NCBI GenBank assembly: GCA_043228905.1
Contig: JBHGNT010000012.1
Coordinates: 9,610,001-9,674,000 of the forward strand
Direction of reading: 5' to 3'
Length of the DNA: 64,000 bases
From: Azolla caroliniana
Taxonomy: Eukaryota > Plantae > Polypodiophyta
A model generated the notes under the pieces. The model saw nothing but the letters and a program-made list of their open reading frames with translations. It was not told the origin of the DNA and searched no databases. Positions 10,165-21,391 of this stretch are shown piece after piece. The position numbers were made by a program, and so were the translations under genes. Numbering within the stretch: position 1 is the stretch's first letter; each line of letters opens with the position of its first letter.

Positions 10165-13100
10165 CGCCGTCTTGAGTCTGAACATCATTACTACTTCTAC
10201 AAAGACTCCCCATTCTGTCACGAACATCGTCTTTTCTTGATCGTTCGGATGCATCCTTATTTGGTTATATCTGCAGAAACCATCGTGAAAGCTATAAACC
10301 TCGTGCCCGACTACCGCATTTAAAACTCCATCCGTAAACGGAAGCGGAAATGCGTCAGTAACCGTTGCCGCGTTTAATTTCTGGTAATCCACGCAGACAG
10401 GGATGTTGTCGTTCTTCTTCAGCACTACAACAATTGGACTTAGCCAAGTGGCTTTCTTCACCGGCCAGCAGCTTGTCAATTTCCTCTTTTACTCTTGCCG
10501 TGTAGTTTAGGTTCATCCGATAGCGTCATTGTGCCACCGGCTTAGTGTCCTTGCTGAGGTGAATCTGGTGTTGATAGAGTTGGGGATCAAGTCCCTGCAT
10601 ATCTTCGTAGGACCAGGCGAATACGTCCCGGAATTCTTTTAATAATGTTATCATTGACGATTTGTCTTCCGGTCACATCTCCTTAGCCAAGTGTACCGGA
10701 CACGCTTCCTTTTCGGTGCCCAAATTTACTTCTTCTAGTTGGGACGCCTTTACTCGTTGGGATACCGGCATTTCCCGTTCCAAGGCCTCATGTGCTTGCC
10801 GTAGTTCCCAGAGTGCATCCTTATCCGGTTCCTCCCCGACCTCTTCCGTTTGCACCATGTATGGAGATACCGCTTTTGCCATGTCCTCTTCGAACATAGG
10901 GACTATCCTTGGGTTCTCTTCAAGGTAGTGATCCACCTCCTCATTGGCCACTCCTGTCATCATGTTCACGCTTTCGTCATATAGTGGGGTCACGTCTTTG
11001 CTGGGGCCAGCTTGCGGTTGCATGGGTACTCTTACTTTCTTTTTCCCTCTGCGGAACGTAATATTGTTTTTCTCCAAGTTCTGTTTGATATGGGCAGTCT
11101 TCAACCATGGTCGTCCTAGCACCAGTGGGTATGCCCCTTGTGCATTCAACTGGTGGACTACCGAAGGAATTCGGAAACCATGACCTCCGATCGTCATCTC
11201 CAAGTCGCGGATGAAGCCAGCAAGTCGGACTTAGCTGGTGTCCGCCATCCAGAGCCAGAATGGGCATGGTTCCCACTCCTGAATTCCCAAAGTGTCGCAT
11301 GTCCGGAGGCTTATCATGTTTACTCCTGATCCGCCATCGACTATCGTACTCGGTAGCTCCCGTCCTTTAATAATCGCAGTGATTGCAGGACTGCTGGTGT
11401 TCACCACTACCGGCGCTTCCTCCTATTTTGAAAAGAATGCCGGAGCCGGTGCAAGACTTAATGGAGCCATTGCTGATTTCAACCCATCGGTGAAGCAGGG
11501 CACTAGTTGCAGTAACTGGCCCAGTGGTAACGTTATTTGGCATTATTGAAGTGCTTTCCATGTGGGGTTCTTTGGTTGTGCCTTTATGGTGAGTTTCTCC
11601 ACTGCATTCATGTGCTCTTTCATTTTTGTGACATTGCGTTTGTTGGCCTTTTCAATCCATTCGGTGGTCTGTTTTCGTATGCCCTCTTATGCTTCCCACT
11701 CCGCCGTCTTTCCTTATGATCTAGTGGTGACTTGCTGTATATCCGCTACTTCTACTACCACCATATTGACTGTCGGCCATTTTTCGTTCTTTTTACCTAG
11801 GCATTGGTTGTTGTAATGGTCCTCCTTGCAACAACAGTAGCCATATGCCTTCTAGGTATTGCTAGATTTTGCTTTTGTTTGGTACCCTATTGAAATCCGT
11901 TTACCGCTCGGTTAGGTTCTTCTATTCTTCTTTGTTCTGGTTGGGTGCCACTTTTGCATCTATCCGTATCCATTGGTACTCCTTTGGTGGCTCCCAACGA
12001 TCCTCTTTCCGAAAGATCCGTTTCTTAAGAAAGCGTTTGTTCTTGTAACCTTGCTGTTGCTTTTGATCTGGTGGTGACTTGTTGTATGTCCGCTACTTCT
12101 GCTACCACCATATTGATCGTCGGCTGTTTTTCGTTCCTTTTAACCGGGAATTGGTTGTTGTAATGGCCCTCCTTGCGGCAATAGTAGCAATATGCCGTCC
12201 GGATATTACTAGATTTTGGTTTGTTTCGGTACCCTGTTGAAATCTGTTTACCGCTCGGTTAGGTTCTTCTGTTCTTCCTTGTTCCGGTTGGGCGCCACTT
12301 ATGCCTCTATCCGGCTCTCTCCAGGCGATCCTCTTTCCGAAAGTTTCGTTCCTTAAGAAAGCGTATGTTCTTGTTACCCTACCGCTGCCAGTCTTCGTAG
12401 TTTTCTCGTTGGTCCTCCCTCCTCTAGTTGTAGCTTGGACAGTAGTCACGACCATACCGGTCATAAAGCATCCCTTCTCCGGTCGTAATCCAGTGAATAG
12501 TCCCGTTCATACTGATCTCGATTGTGGCCTTCCCTACGTTGGTCGTCGCGATCGTGCCCATAGTCATCACATCTTCTCTCATTGTACCAATCCATTTTTT
12601 CTGGTCGGTATCAGTCCTCCCTATGGAACCGTTCATCGTCCGGTTCGTGACTGCAATATGGTTCAATGATCCTCATCGGTGTCGCAAGTCCGTTGAGTAG
12701 GTTGTATTCGCATCAGTCCGTTGTGTGTGCCCGTAAGTGATAGATCATACACTGCATCCTCATTGTGCAGTGTACTGTCGAATGGCCCGGGTGTACACAT
12801 GTTGTGCATTGCAACACCTGGTGAAACCTGAGATCCTCTTGATTTGGAAGGGCCCTCTGGAGGGCTCCCATCGTCATCAGGGAGCTATGTTTATCCATTT
12901 CCAACACCCGATCAATGACTTGATCTGTGCTGGCTCGGAAATCTAGTACCCCGCACATCATTCGGAGGGGTTCCCGTAGAGCGGCCAGAAACACCGCTTT
13001 GGCCTCTTCCTCCAGAGGTGCCCTTGTTAACTGGCTGTATACTGTTTGAAATCGGATAATAAATTGGGGCACTTTCTCCTGCTCCTCTTGGCAGGTTGTG

Positions 13101-13303
13101 TAAAACTGTCTGACTAGTTCGTGTTGTTCCAGTTGCCTATGGAATAGTCGGAGAAATTTTGTTTTCAAGGCCTTAAATGTGGCAAAGCTTCTGGGTAGGT
13201 GCTTTACGTGCCAGCGGGCCGCCGGTCCCTCTAATGTCATGCCGAATTCGGAAAATTTTGATCGTTCGGCTTGGAGTTTGGTCAGCCTTTGGGATACATG
13301 ATT
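10165..13303 (+). repeat. 3139-bp direct repeat, copy 2 (right flank of the PLE)
   Basis: Same sequence as 1650-4788. One substitution noticed (about 3059 vs 11574; GVLLLC vs GVLWLC in the ORF track). Confidence 0.95.
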
Positions 13304-13422
13304 CTCTTCCAATGTTTGTAGGAACAGATAGAGGCGCATCTGCGCATCAAGGTCATCATGGTACTTCAGATACGGGTACGGCATGGTGTAGGTTATGGGA
13401 GGTTGTACCGGTGATGTGTGGT

Positions 13423-15330
13423 TCGGAAAGCATGACCTCCGATCGTCACCTCCAAGATCCAGATGAAACCAGCGGGTCAGACTTAGCTAGTGTCCGCCAT
13501 CCGGAGCCAGAATGGGCATGGTTTAGGGTCTTGAATTCCCAAAGTGTCGCATGTCCAGAGGCTTATCATGTTTACTCTTGATCCTACCCGATAGCTCCCG
13601 TCCTTTAATAATTGCAGTGATTGCAGGACTGCTGGTGTTCACCACTATCGGCCGTTCCTCCGGTTATGAAAAGAATACCGGAGCTGGTGAAGGACTTAAT
13701 GGAGTCATTGGTGATTTCAACCCATCGGTGAAACAGGGCACTAGTTGCAGTAACTGGCCCAGTGGTAACGTGATTTGGCATTGTTGAAGTGCTTTCCATG
13801 TGGGGTTCTTTGGTTGTGCCTTTACGGTTAGTTTCTCCACTGCATTCATGTGCTCTTTCATTTTGGTGACATTGCGTTTGTTGGCCTTTTCAATCCATTC
13901 AGTGGTCTATTTTCGTATGGCCTCTTATGCTTCCCAATCCGCCGTCTTTGCTTTTGATCTGGTGGTGACTTGTTATATGTCCGCTACTTCTGCTACTACC
14001 ATATTGATCGCCGGCCGTTTTTCGTTCCTTTTAACCGGGAATTGGTTGTTGTAATGGCCCTCCTTGCGGCAATAGTAGCAATATGCCTTCCGGTGATTGC
14101 TAGATTCTGCTTTTATTTCAGTACCCTGTTGAAATCCGTTTACCGCTCGGTTAGGTTCTTCTGTTCTTCTTTGTTCCGGTTGGGCGCTACTTATGCCTCT
14201 ATTCGGCTCTCATTAGTACTCCTTTGCCAACTCCTGACGATCCTCTTTCCAAAAGTTCCGTTCCTTTAGAAAGTGTTTGTTGTTACCCTGCCGCTGCTGG
14301 TCTTCGTAGTTTTCTCGTTGGTTCTCCCTCCTCTGGTTGTAGCTTGGAGAGTAGTCGCGACCATACTGGTCATAAGCATCCCTTCTCCGGTCATAATCCG
14401 GTGAATATTCCCTTTCATATCGATCTCGATTGTGGCCTTCCCTACGTCGGTCGTAGCGATTGCGCCCATAGTCATCGCATCTTCTCTCATTGTACCGATC
14501 CCCATGTTCTGGTCGGTATCAGTCCTCCCTACGGAACCGTTCGTTGTCCGGTTCGTGACTGCTATGTGGCTCAATGATCCTCACCGGTGTCACAAGTCGG
14601 TTGATTAGGTTGTATTCGCATCGGTCCGTTGTGTGTGCTCGTAAGTGGTAGATCATACACTGCATCCTCATTTTGCAGTGTACTGTCGAATGGCCCGGGT
14701 GTACACATGTTGTGCATTGCAATGCCTCGTGAAACCTGAGATCCTCCTGATTTGGAAGGGCCCTCTACAGGGCTCCCATCGTCATAAGGGAGCTATGTTT
14801 ATCCATTTCCAACACCCGATCAATGACTTGATCTGTGCTGGCTCGGAAATCTAGTACCCCGCACACCGTTCGGAGGGGTTCCCGTAGAGCGGCCAGAAAC
14901 ATCGCTTTGACCTCTTCCTCCCGAGGTGCCCTTGTTAACTTGCTATATAGTGTTTGAAATCGGATAATAAATTGGGGCACTGTCTTTTGCTCCTCTTGGC
15001 GGGTTGTGTAAAATTATCCGACTAGTTCGCGCTGTTCTACTTGCCTATGGAATAGTCGGAGAAATTTTGTTTTCAAGGCCTTAAATGTGGCAAAGCTTCC
15101 GGGTAGGTGCTTTACGTGCCAGCGGGCTGCCGATCCCTCTAATGTCATGCCGAATTCGTCAAATTTTGACTATTCGGCTTGTGGTTCGGTCAGCCTTTGG
15201 GATACATGATTCGCTTCCCATGTTTGTAGGAACGCATAGACGTGCATCTCCACATCAAGGTCATCATGGTACTTCAGATACGGGTATGGCATGGTGTAGG
15301 TTTTGGGAGGTTGTAACGGTGATGTGTGGT
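13423..15330 (-). repeat. Older, diverged tandem copy of the gypsy-A protease-gag region
   Basis: At 13421-13423 the gag sequence (gatgtgtggtt) switches to protease-region sequence (ttcggaaa.catgacctccgatc). Paralogous ORFs have many substitutions. Confidence 0.85.
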
Positions 15331-16556
15331 TTAGTTCTTGCTTTGCGCGTGGTGTTGGTGCGCAGTTTTCTTCTGTCTCCGTGGGTGGTGTTGGTGCGCA
15401 GTTTTCCGCTATCTCCACGGGTGGGTTGGTGCGCGGTTTTCCGTTGTCTCTGCGTGTAGTGTTGGCTGCTTTTGAAATTCGACTGAACACTTTGTTCACT
15501 ATCTGATTCCGACTGTAAGGCCGAGAATGCGTCCGAGTCTCCGTTGCCTTCGGCAAGCGTCCGCAGTCGCGCTTTTGCCTCTTGCAAGTTCGTTAGACTA
15601 TTGCCCTCGTCAGAAAGTTGTTGTGTTTGGAACTGAAGTGCTTCTTCCTTTGATGTCTTTTGGCAAGTCTTCTTCCTCGTTCGGTGACTTGGTCATTAGT
15701 CGATCGAGACATCCATCCCCCGGTGTTTTATGCTCACTACAAGAATCGTGGTTGAGTTGATGACATCAAAAGAAGTGCACACTTGAGACAGTTTCAAAAG
15801 AGTGTTAAAAAAGAGAGTGACATTTTCATTGGGCAACAATGTTAAAATGGAGAGTGTTAAAATGCCCTTTCGGATTGGAGCCTAAATTCAACGCCTTAGA
15901 CCACTCGGCCAAATTTTCATTGAGTCGGTGACATCAAAACAAGTGCACACTTGATAAACTTCTAAAAGACTGTTAAAAAAGAGAGTGATATGTTTAGTGG
16001 TGTCAATTTCGGTGGCTAGGGAACAATGTGAAGCACATCAATGTGCAATACAGGCACTAGGTCAAAGAAAGGACACACTTAAAAGTTTTTATCGCCCTCT
16101 TTTGTACAAGGATAACATAGTAGTTATTTCATGAAATGTTTGGTAATTCTAGATTATTTCAATTCTCTAATAACAACGGTTGGATTGGAGAGTGTTAAAA
16201 TGCCCTTTCGGATTGGAGCTTGAATCCAACGCCTTAGACCAGTCAGCCAAATTGTCGATGGGTTGACGACATCAAAGGAAGTGTACACTTCATAAAGTGG
16301 CAAAAGAATGTTAATAAAGAGAGTGAAATTTTCAGTGGTGTCAATTTAGGTCACCGTGCAACAATGTTAAGCATATCAATGTGTAATGCAAGCAATAGAT
16401 CTTAGAGGAAATATGTTTAAAGTTTTCTAGTGCCCTATTTTGTTATGCTTCTGAGAGGAAATATGTTTAAAGTTTTCTAGTGCCTTATTTTGTACAAGCA
16501 TAACGTAGTTGTTATTTCATGAATTTTTTGGTAATGTTATTATTTTAATTCGCTAA

Positions 16557-16636
16557 CGAGACCTGTGGGATTTGAACCCACGCCCTTTCGGATTGGAGCC
16601 TAAATCCAACGCCTTACACCACTCGGCCAAATTGTC
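16557..16636 (-). tRNA. tRNA-Leu(TAG)-like, acceptor-stem mismatches (probable pseudogene)
   Basis: Intact anticodon and T arms; 3' acceptor strand AGGTCTCG. Confidence 0.55.
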
Positions 16637-16888
16637 GAGGTGTTGATTATATCAAAACAAGTACACCATGGATAAAATTGCAAAATAGTGTTAAAAAAGA
16701 GAGTTATATTTTAAGTGGTGTCAATTTAGGTCAGTGGGCAACAATGTTCAACACATCAACGTGCAATGCAAGTATTAGGTCGAAGAAAGGACACAATTAC
16801 AATTTTTTATGGCCCTTTTTTGTGGAAGAATAACATATTTGTTATTTCATGAAACGTTTGGTAATGCTAAAGTTTTCCAATTCTCTAA

Positions 16889-16968
16889 TGACAACTGTGG
16901 GATTTGAACCCACGCCCTCTCGGATTGGAGCCTAAATCCAACGCCTTAGACCACTCAGCCAAATTGTC
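16889..16968 (-). tRNA. tRNA-Leu(TAG), best-preserved copy in the array
   Basis: GACAATTTGGCTGAGTGGTCTAAGGCGTTGGATTTAGGCTCCAATCCGAGAGGGCGTGGGTTCAAATCCCACAGTTGTCA: cloverleaf with long variable arm, A and B boxes. Confidence 0.8.
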
Positions 16969-18512
16969 ACTGAGTCGATGACATCAAGACAAATGCACAC
17001 TTGATAAAGTTTCAAAAAATGTGTGTTATTTTATGTGATGTCAATTTTGGTGTCTAGGCAACAATATTAAGCACATCAATGTGCAGTGCAAGCACTACGT
17101 CGAAGAAAGGACACAATTAAAAAAATTTATCGCCCTCTATTGTACAAGGATAACATAGTAGTTATTTCATTAAATGTTTGGTAATGCTACATTATTTCAA
17201 TTCTCTAATGACAACTGTGGAATTTGATACCACGCCCTTACGGATTGGAGCCTAAATCCAACACCTTAGACCACTCGACCAAATTGTCGATGGGTTGATG
17301 ATATGAAAGGAAGTGTACACTTAAATAAAGTGGCAAAAGAGTAATAAAAAAGAGAGTGATATTTTTAGTGGTGTCAATTTAGGTCTCTGTGCAACATTGT
17401 TAAGCATATCAATGTGCAATGCAAGCACTAGATCGAAGAAGGAATATGTTTAAATTTCTGTGGCGCCCTATTTTGTACAAGAATAACGTAGTAGTTATGT
17501 CATGAAATTTTTTGTAATGCTAAATATTTTAATCACTAATGACATCTGTGGGATTCCCACCCACGTCCTTTCGAATTGGAGCCTAAATCCAACGCCTTAG
17601 ACCACTCGGGCAAATTGTCAATGTGTTGATGACATCAAAAGAGGTACACCATTTATAAAATTGCAAAATAGTGTTAAGAAAGAGAGTTATATATTAAGTG
17701 GTGTCAATTTAGGTCAATGGGGAACAATGTTCAGCACATCAATGTGCAATGAAAGTATTAGGTCGAAGAAAGGACACACTTACAATTTTTTATGGCCCTC
17801 TTTTATACAAGATTAACATAGTTGTTATTTCATGAAAATATTGGCAATGCTAGATTTTTTCAATTCGCTAATGACAACTATGCGATTTGAACCCACGCCC
17901 TCTCGGATTGGAGCCTAAATCCAACACTTTAAACCACTCAGTTAAATTGTCATTAAGATGATGACATCAAAAGAAGTGCATCATTCATAAAATTGCATAA
18001 GAGTGTAACGAAAGAGAGTGATATTTTAAGTGGTGTCTATTTCAGTGGGTGGGCGACAATGTTAAGTGCACAATGTGTAATGCAAGCACACAAGGACTAT
18101 GTCAAAGAAAGAATATGTTTAAAGTTTTCTACAGCCTTGTTTTGGAGAAGAAAAACATAATAGTTGTTCCATGAAAATTTTGGTAATGCTAGATTGTTTC
18201 AATCCACTAATGACAACCATGGGATTTGAACCCACACCCTTTTGTATTGGAGCCTAAGTCAACCATCTTGCACCACTTGGCCAAATTGTTGATGACATCA
18301 AAGAAGTGCACACTTGATAAAGTTGTAAAGACTGTTAAAATAGAGAGTAAAGTTCTCACTGGGAAACAATGCTAAGCATATCAATATGCAATGCAACCAG
18401 TAGATCTAAGAGGGGATGTTTTAATATTTTCTAGCGCCCTGTTTTGTACAAGAATAACGTAGTAGTTATTTCATGAAATGTTTGGTAATGCTAGATTATT
18501 TTAATTCGTTAA

Positions 18513-18592
18513 TGACAACTGTGGGATTGGAACCCATGCCCTTTCGGATTGGAGCCTAAATCCAACGCCTTACACCACTCGGCCAAATTGTC
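18513..18592 (-). tRNA. tRNA-Leu(TAG)-like, minor T-loop change
   Basis: Intact acceptor and anticodon stems; T loop reads GGTTCCAATCC. Confidence 0.55.
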
Positions 18593-18841
18593 GATGTGTT
18601 AATGACATAAACGAAGTATACCATTGATAAATTTGCAAAATAGTGTTAAAAAAGAGTTATATTTTAAGTGGTGTCAATTTAGGTCGATGGGCAACAATGT
18701 TCAGCACATCAACGTCCAAAGCAAGTATTAGGTCTAAGAAAGGACACACTTATAATTTTTTATCGCCTTTTTTTGTAGAAGAATAACATATTTGTTATTT
18801 CATGAAACGTTTGGTAATGCTAAATTTTTTCAATTCTCTAA

Positions 18842-18921
18842 TGACAACTGTGGGATTTGAACCCACGCCCTCTCGGATTGGAGCCTAAATCCAACGCCTT
18901 AGACCACTCGGCCATATTTTC
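18842..18921 (-). tRNA. tRNA-Leu(TAG)-like, 5' acceptor strand mutated
   Basis: D, anticodon and T arms intact; 5' end reads GAAAATA. Confidence 0.55.
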
Positions 18922-19804
18922 ATTGAGTCGATGACATCAAAACAAATGCACACTTGATAAAGTTTCAACAAAGTGTTTAAAAAGAGAGTGATATTTTATG
19001 TGGTGTCAATTTCGGTGTCTAGGCAACAATGTTAAGCACATCAATGTGCAATGCAAGCACTAGGTCGAAGAAAGGACACAATTAAAAAATTGTATGGCCC
19101 TCTTTTGTACAAGAATAATGTAGTACTTATTTCATGAAATGTTTGGTAATGCTAGATTATTTTAATTCGCTAATGACAACTTTGGGATTTGTACCCACGG
19201 TCTTTCGGATTGGAGTCTAAATCCAATGCCTAAGACCACTAGACCAAATTGTCAATGCGTTGATGACATTAAAAGTAGTACACCTTTGATAAAATTGCAA
19301 AATAGTGTTAAAAAAGAGAGCTATATTTTAAGTGGTGTCAATTTAGCTCAACGGGCAACAATATTTAGCACATCAACGTGTAATGCAAGTTTTAGATCGA
19401 AGAAAGGACTCGCTTACAATTTTTTATGGCCCCTTTTTGTACCAGAATAACATATTTGTTATTTCATGAAAAGTTTGGTAATGCTAAATTTTTTCAATTC
19501 CCTAATGACAATTGTGGGATTTGAACCCACGCCCTCTTCGAATTGGAGCCTAAATCCAACGCCTTAGACAACTTGGCCAAATTGTCATTGTGTTGATGAC
19601 ATCAAAACAAGTACACACTTGATAATGTTTCAAAAGAGTGTTAAGAAAGAGAGTGATATTTTATGTGGTGTCAATTTCAGTGTCTAGGCAACAATGTTAA
19701 GCACATAAATGTGCAATGCAAGTATTAGGTCGAAGAAAGGACACAATTAAAAATTTTGATGGCCCTCTTTTGTACAAGGATAACATGGTAGTTATTTCAT
19801 GAGG

Positions 19805-20116
19805 GCCCAAGAGAATGGTTTTGGGCGAACTCGAGGGTCCGGGAGATTCTACTTTTGCTTGGATGGTGCTGAGAGGAATAATAACATGGCTTCGTTAGTA
19901 TGGTTAACTTGCAAAATAATGTTGGACAGGGTCTGAACCAGTTGATCGATTGGCAATGTGGGTTGATGTTCTTGAATTTGTTGTTCTAGAAATTCTGGAT
20001 TCATGGAGTTTGTGTTGCCGCTGTTGTTGTTGTGATGCATCGTGGCGTGTGTTTTTGGGGTCGTGAGTTAGGGCTGCTTTGCCCGTCTTCTCCACCAAGA
20101 TGTGAAATGCTCTCAA
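19805..20116 (-). pseudogene. Short gag-like retrotransposon remnant at the Leu/His array junction
   Basis: MHHNNN..IDQLVQTLSNIILQV..*NLPDPRVRPKPFS resembles a gypsy gag N-terminus. Confidence 0.4.
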
Positions 20117-20270
20117 AATAGCTCCCTTTCCATTACGTTCTAAGTTACATCTTATAGGCTACTCTTAGCGTGGTGGGTGTTTTCCTGCTGCTATTAGCAC
20201 TTCTATTTAGTGGTTACAACTCCATGTTGTGGTTGTGAAAATTTGGTTCCCATTTGGTAACACAAACTCC

Positions 20271-20342
20271 GTGGTTGTAGTTTAGTGGTTAGAATTCCAC
20301 GTTGTGACTTTGGAGACCTGGGCTCGAATCCTAGCAACAAAA
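20271..20342 (+). tRNA. tRNA-His(GTG)-like pseudogene
   Basis: gtggttgtagtttagtggttagaattccacgttgtgactttggagacctgggctcgaatcctagc; stem mismatches. Confidence 0.55.
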
Positions 20343-20578
20343 CCAAAAGTGAGTCTATATCAACTTATAATATATTTCGAATCCAGATGGATTTAAGATA
20401 GGAAGTTGGTTGCGAAAACAAAGAACCATAACAATTTAATTTGAGCAAAAAACTACGACCAACCATCCCCAATAAAGGTTCCTTTCAAATGGGATCCTTT
20501 CAAATGTTCATCCCAGCCAAGATTGTTTTCAATTGAAAAGCATTTGATGGTTGCACTTTAGTGGTTAGAAGTCCACGT

Positions 20579-21353
20579 TGTCGTAGTGTAGGTTGCACAT
20601 TATGTGGAAATTATATTTTTGTCCCTCCGGATAGAGAATGGAGTGCTCGGTGAGAACCGGAGGAAAACGGCATACCGGCAAGGAAGAAAACGGCATACCG
20701 GCAAGGAAGAGCCGGATAAAGAGACATAAATGTAAAAAAAAAAAAGGGAAATACTCACTACTGCGCAAGGCATGATTCGAACTCTACACCTCCACGTTGA
20801 CAAACCCCAACCTTACCATTACATTAACTTATCTTAAGTGTTTTAAATATAGATTTAATACGTATAAGACCTTTATTAAAAGGTAAATCGTGTATTTTTT
20901 TAATATATGAAAAAGAAAACACGAGACACTAAAAATAACTCATGCACATCTAGTGTGCATGAGCCCTATACTTAGGAAATAAAAAAAGCATCACATGCAC
21001 ATTTAGAGGACATGAACACTTTTTGTAAAAAAAAAAAAAGCATGAAGCCATGCTTAGCTCTTCCTTCCTTATATAAGGAGGAGAGAAATATATAAAGGGT
21101 TGTTGATTATTTGGATTAAGTATTAATCAATACAAAAATTATTCGTGGGATTCACGATTTATACATCTACTTCTCTCTTAACACCCTAAGTACCAATTAA
21201 TATAGTATACTCGTGTGATTCACGAGTTTCTTATCTTTCTCTTTGCTATTTACTCATAATTAATCTCTATCTCACGAACTTCTTTCTCCTAGTCCAAGAC
21301 CTCTGTGGTTCCCACCCGACTCACGCAACGATCCGGAGCCGAAAGGCACGACA
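20579..21353 (+). repeat. 5' LTR of gypsy B (775 bp)
   Basis: tgtcgtag...cacgaca; matches the 3' LTR apart from short tandem indels and a few substitutions. Confidence 0.95.
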
Positions 21354-21357
21354 CAGT

Positions 21358-21375
21358 TGGTGAACCCGACGTGAA
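21358..21375 (+). promoter_or_regulatory. Primer-binding site complementary to tRNA-Trp
   Basis: TGGTGAACCCGACGTGAA is the reverse complement of the plant tRNA-Trp 3' end TTCACGTCGGGTTCACCA (reference sequence from memory). Confidence 0.85.
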
Positions 21376-21391
21376 GACGGGTGGCAAGGAG

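Larger units (their letters stand above)
1..15750 (-). mobile_element. Degenerate Ty3/gypsy retrotransposon (family A), internally duplicated and interrupted by a PLE; no LTR visible
   Basis: Fragmented ORFs in gag-PR-RT-RH-IN order on minus: retrotrans-gag (12713-13384), protease region, RT (WLSPIVVV, FLDDF; 1380-1964), RNase H (NYSTPEREAL; 611-1153), integrase remnants (1-600). Many stops and frameshifts. Confidence 0.9.
15750..19800 (-). repeat. Tandem array of tRNA-Leu(TAG) genes/pseudogenes, ~330-bp unit, 12 copies (first two lack an intact 3' arm)
   Basis: Copies at 15864-15918, 16202-16256, 16557-16636, 16889-16968, 17209-17288, 17540-17619, 17872-17951, 18211-18290, 18513-18592, 18842-18921, 19174-19253 and 19506-19586, with homologous spacers. 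Confidence 0.93.

Noticed and set aside
8272-10479. 735-aa ORF that looks like a gypsy-RT / proline-rich fusion protein
   Set aside because: The first ~105 aa are the duplicated host gypsy RT fragment. The fusion is a chance in-frame junction at 10164/10165 with the truncated PLE ORF1.
19226-19450. Short ORFs inside tRNA arrays and LTRs (also 29300-29596, 44096-44287, 20565-20803)
   Set aside because: They are chance frames in repeats, have no recognisable motifs and are not preserved between units.
15750-19800. Regularly spaced conserved repeats resembling a CRISPR array
   Set aside because: The repeats are tRNA-Leu sequences, the spacers are homologous to each other, there are no cas genes, and the context is eukaryotic.
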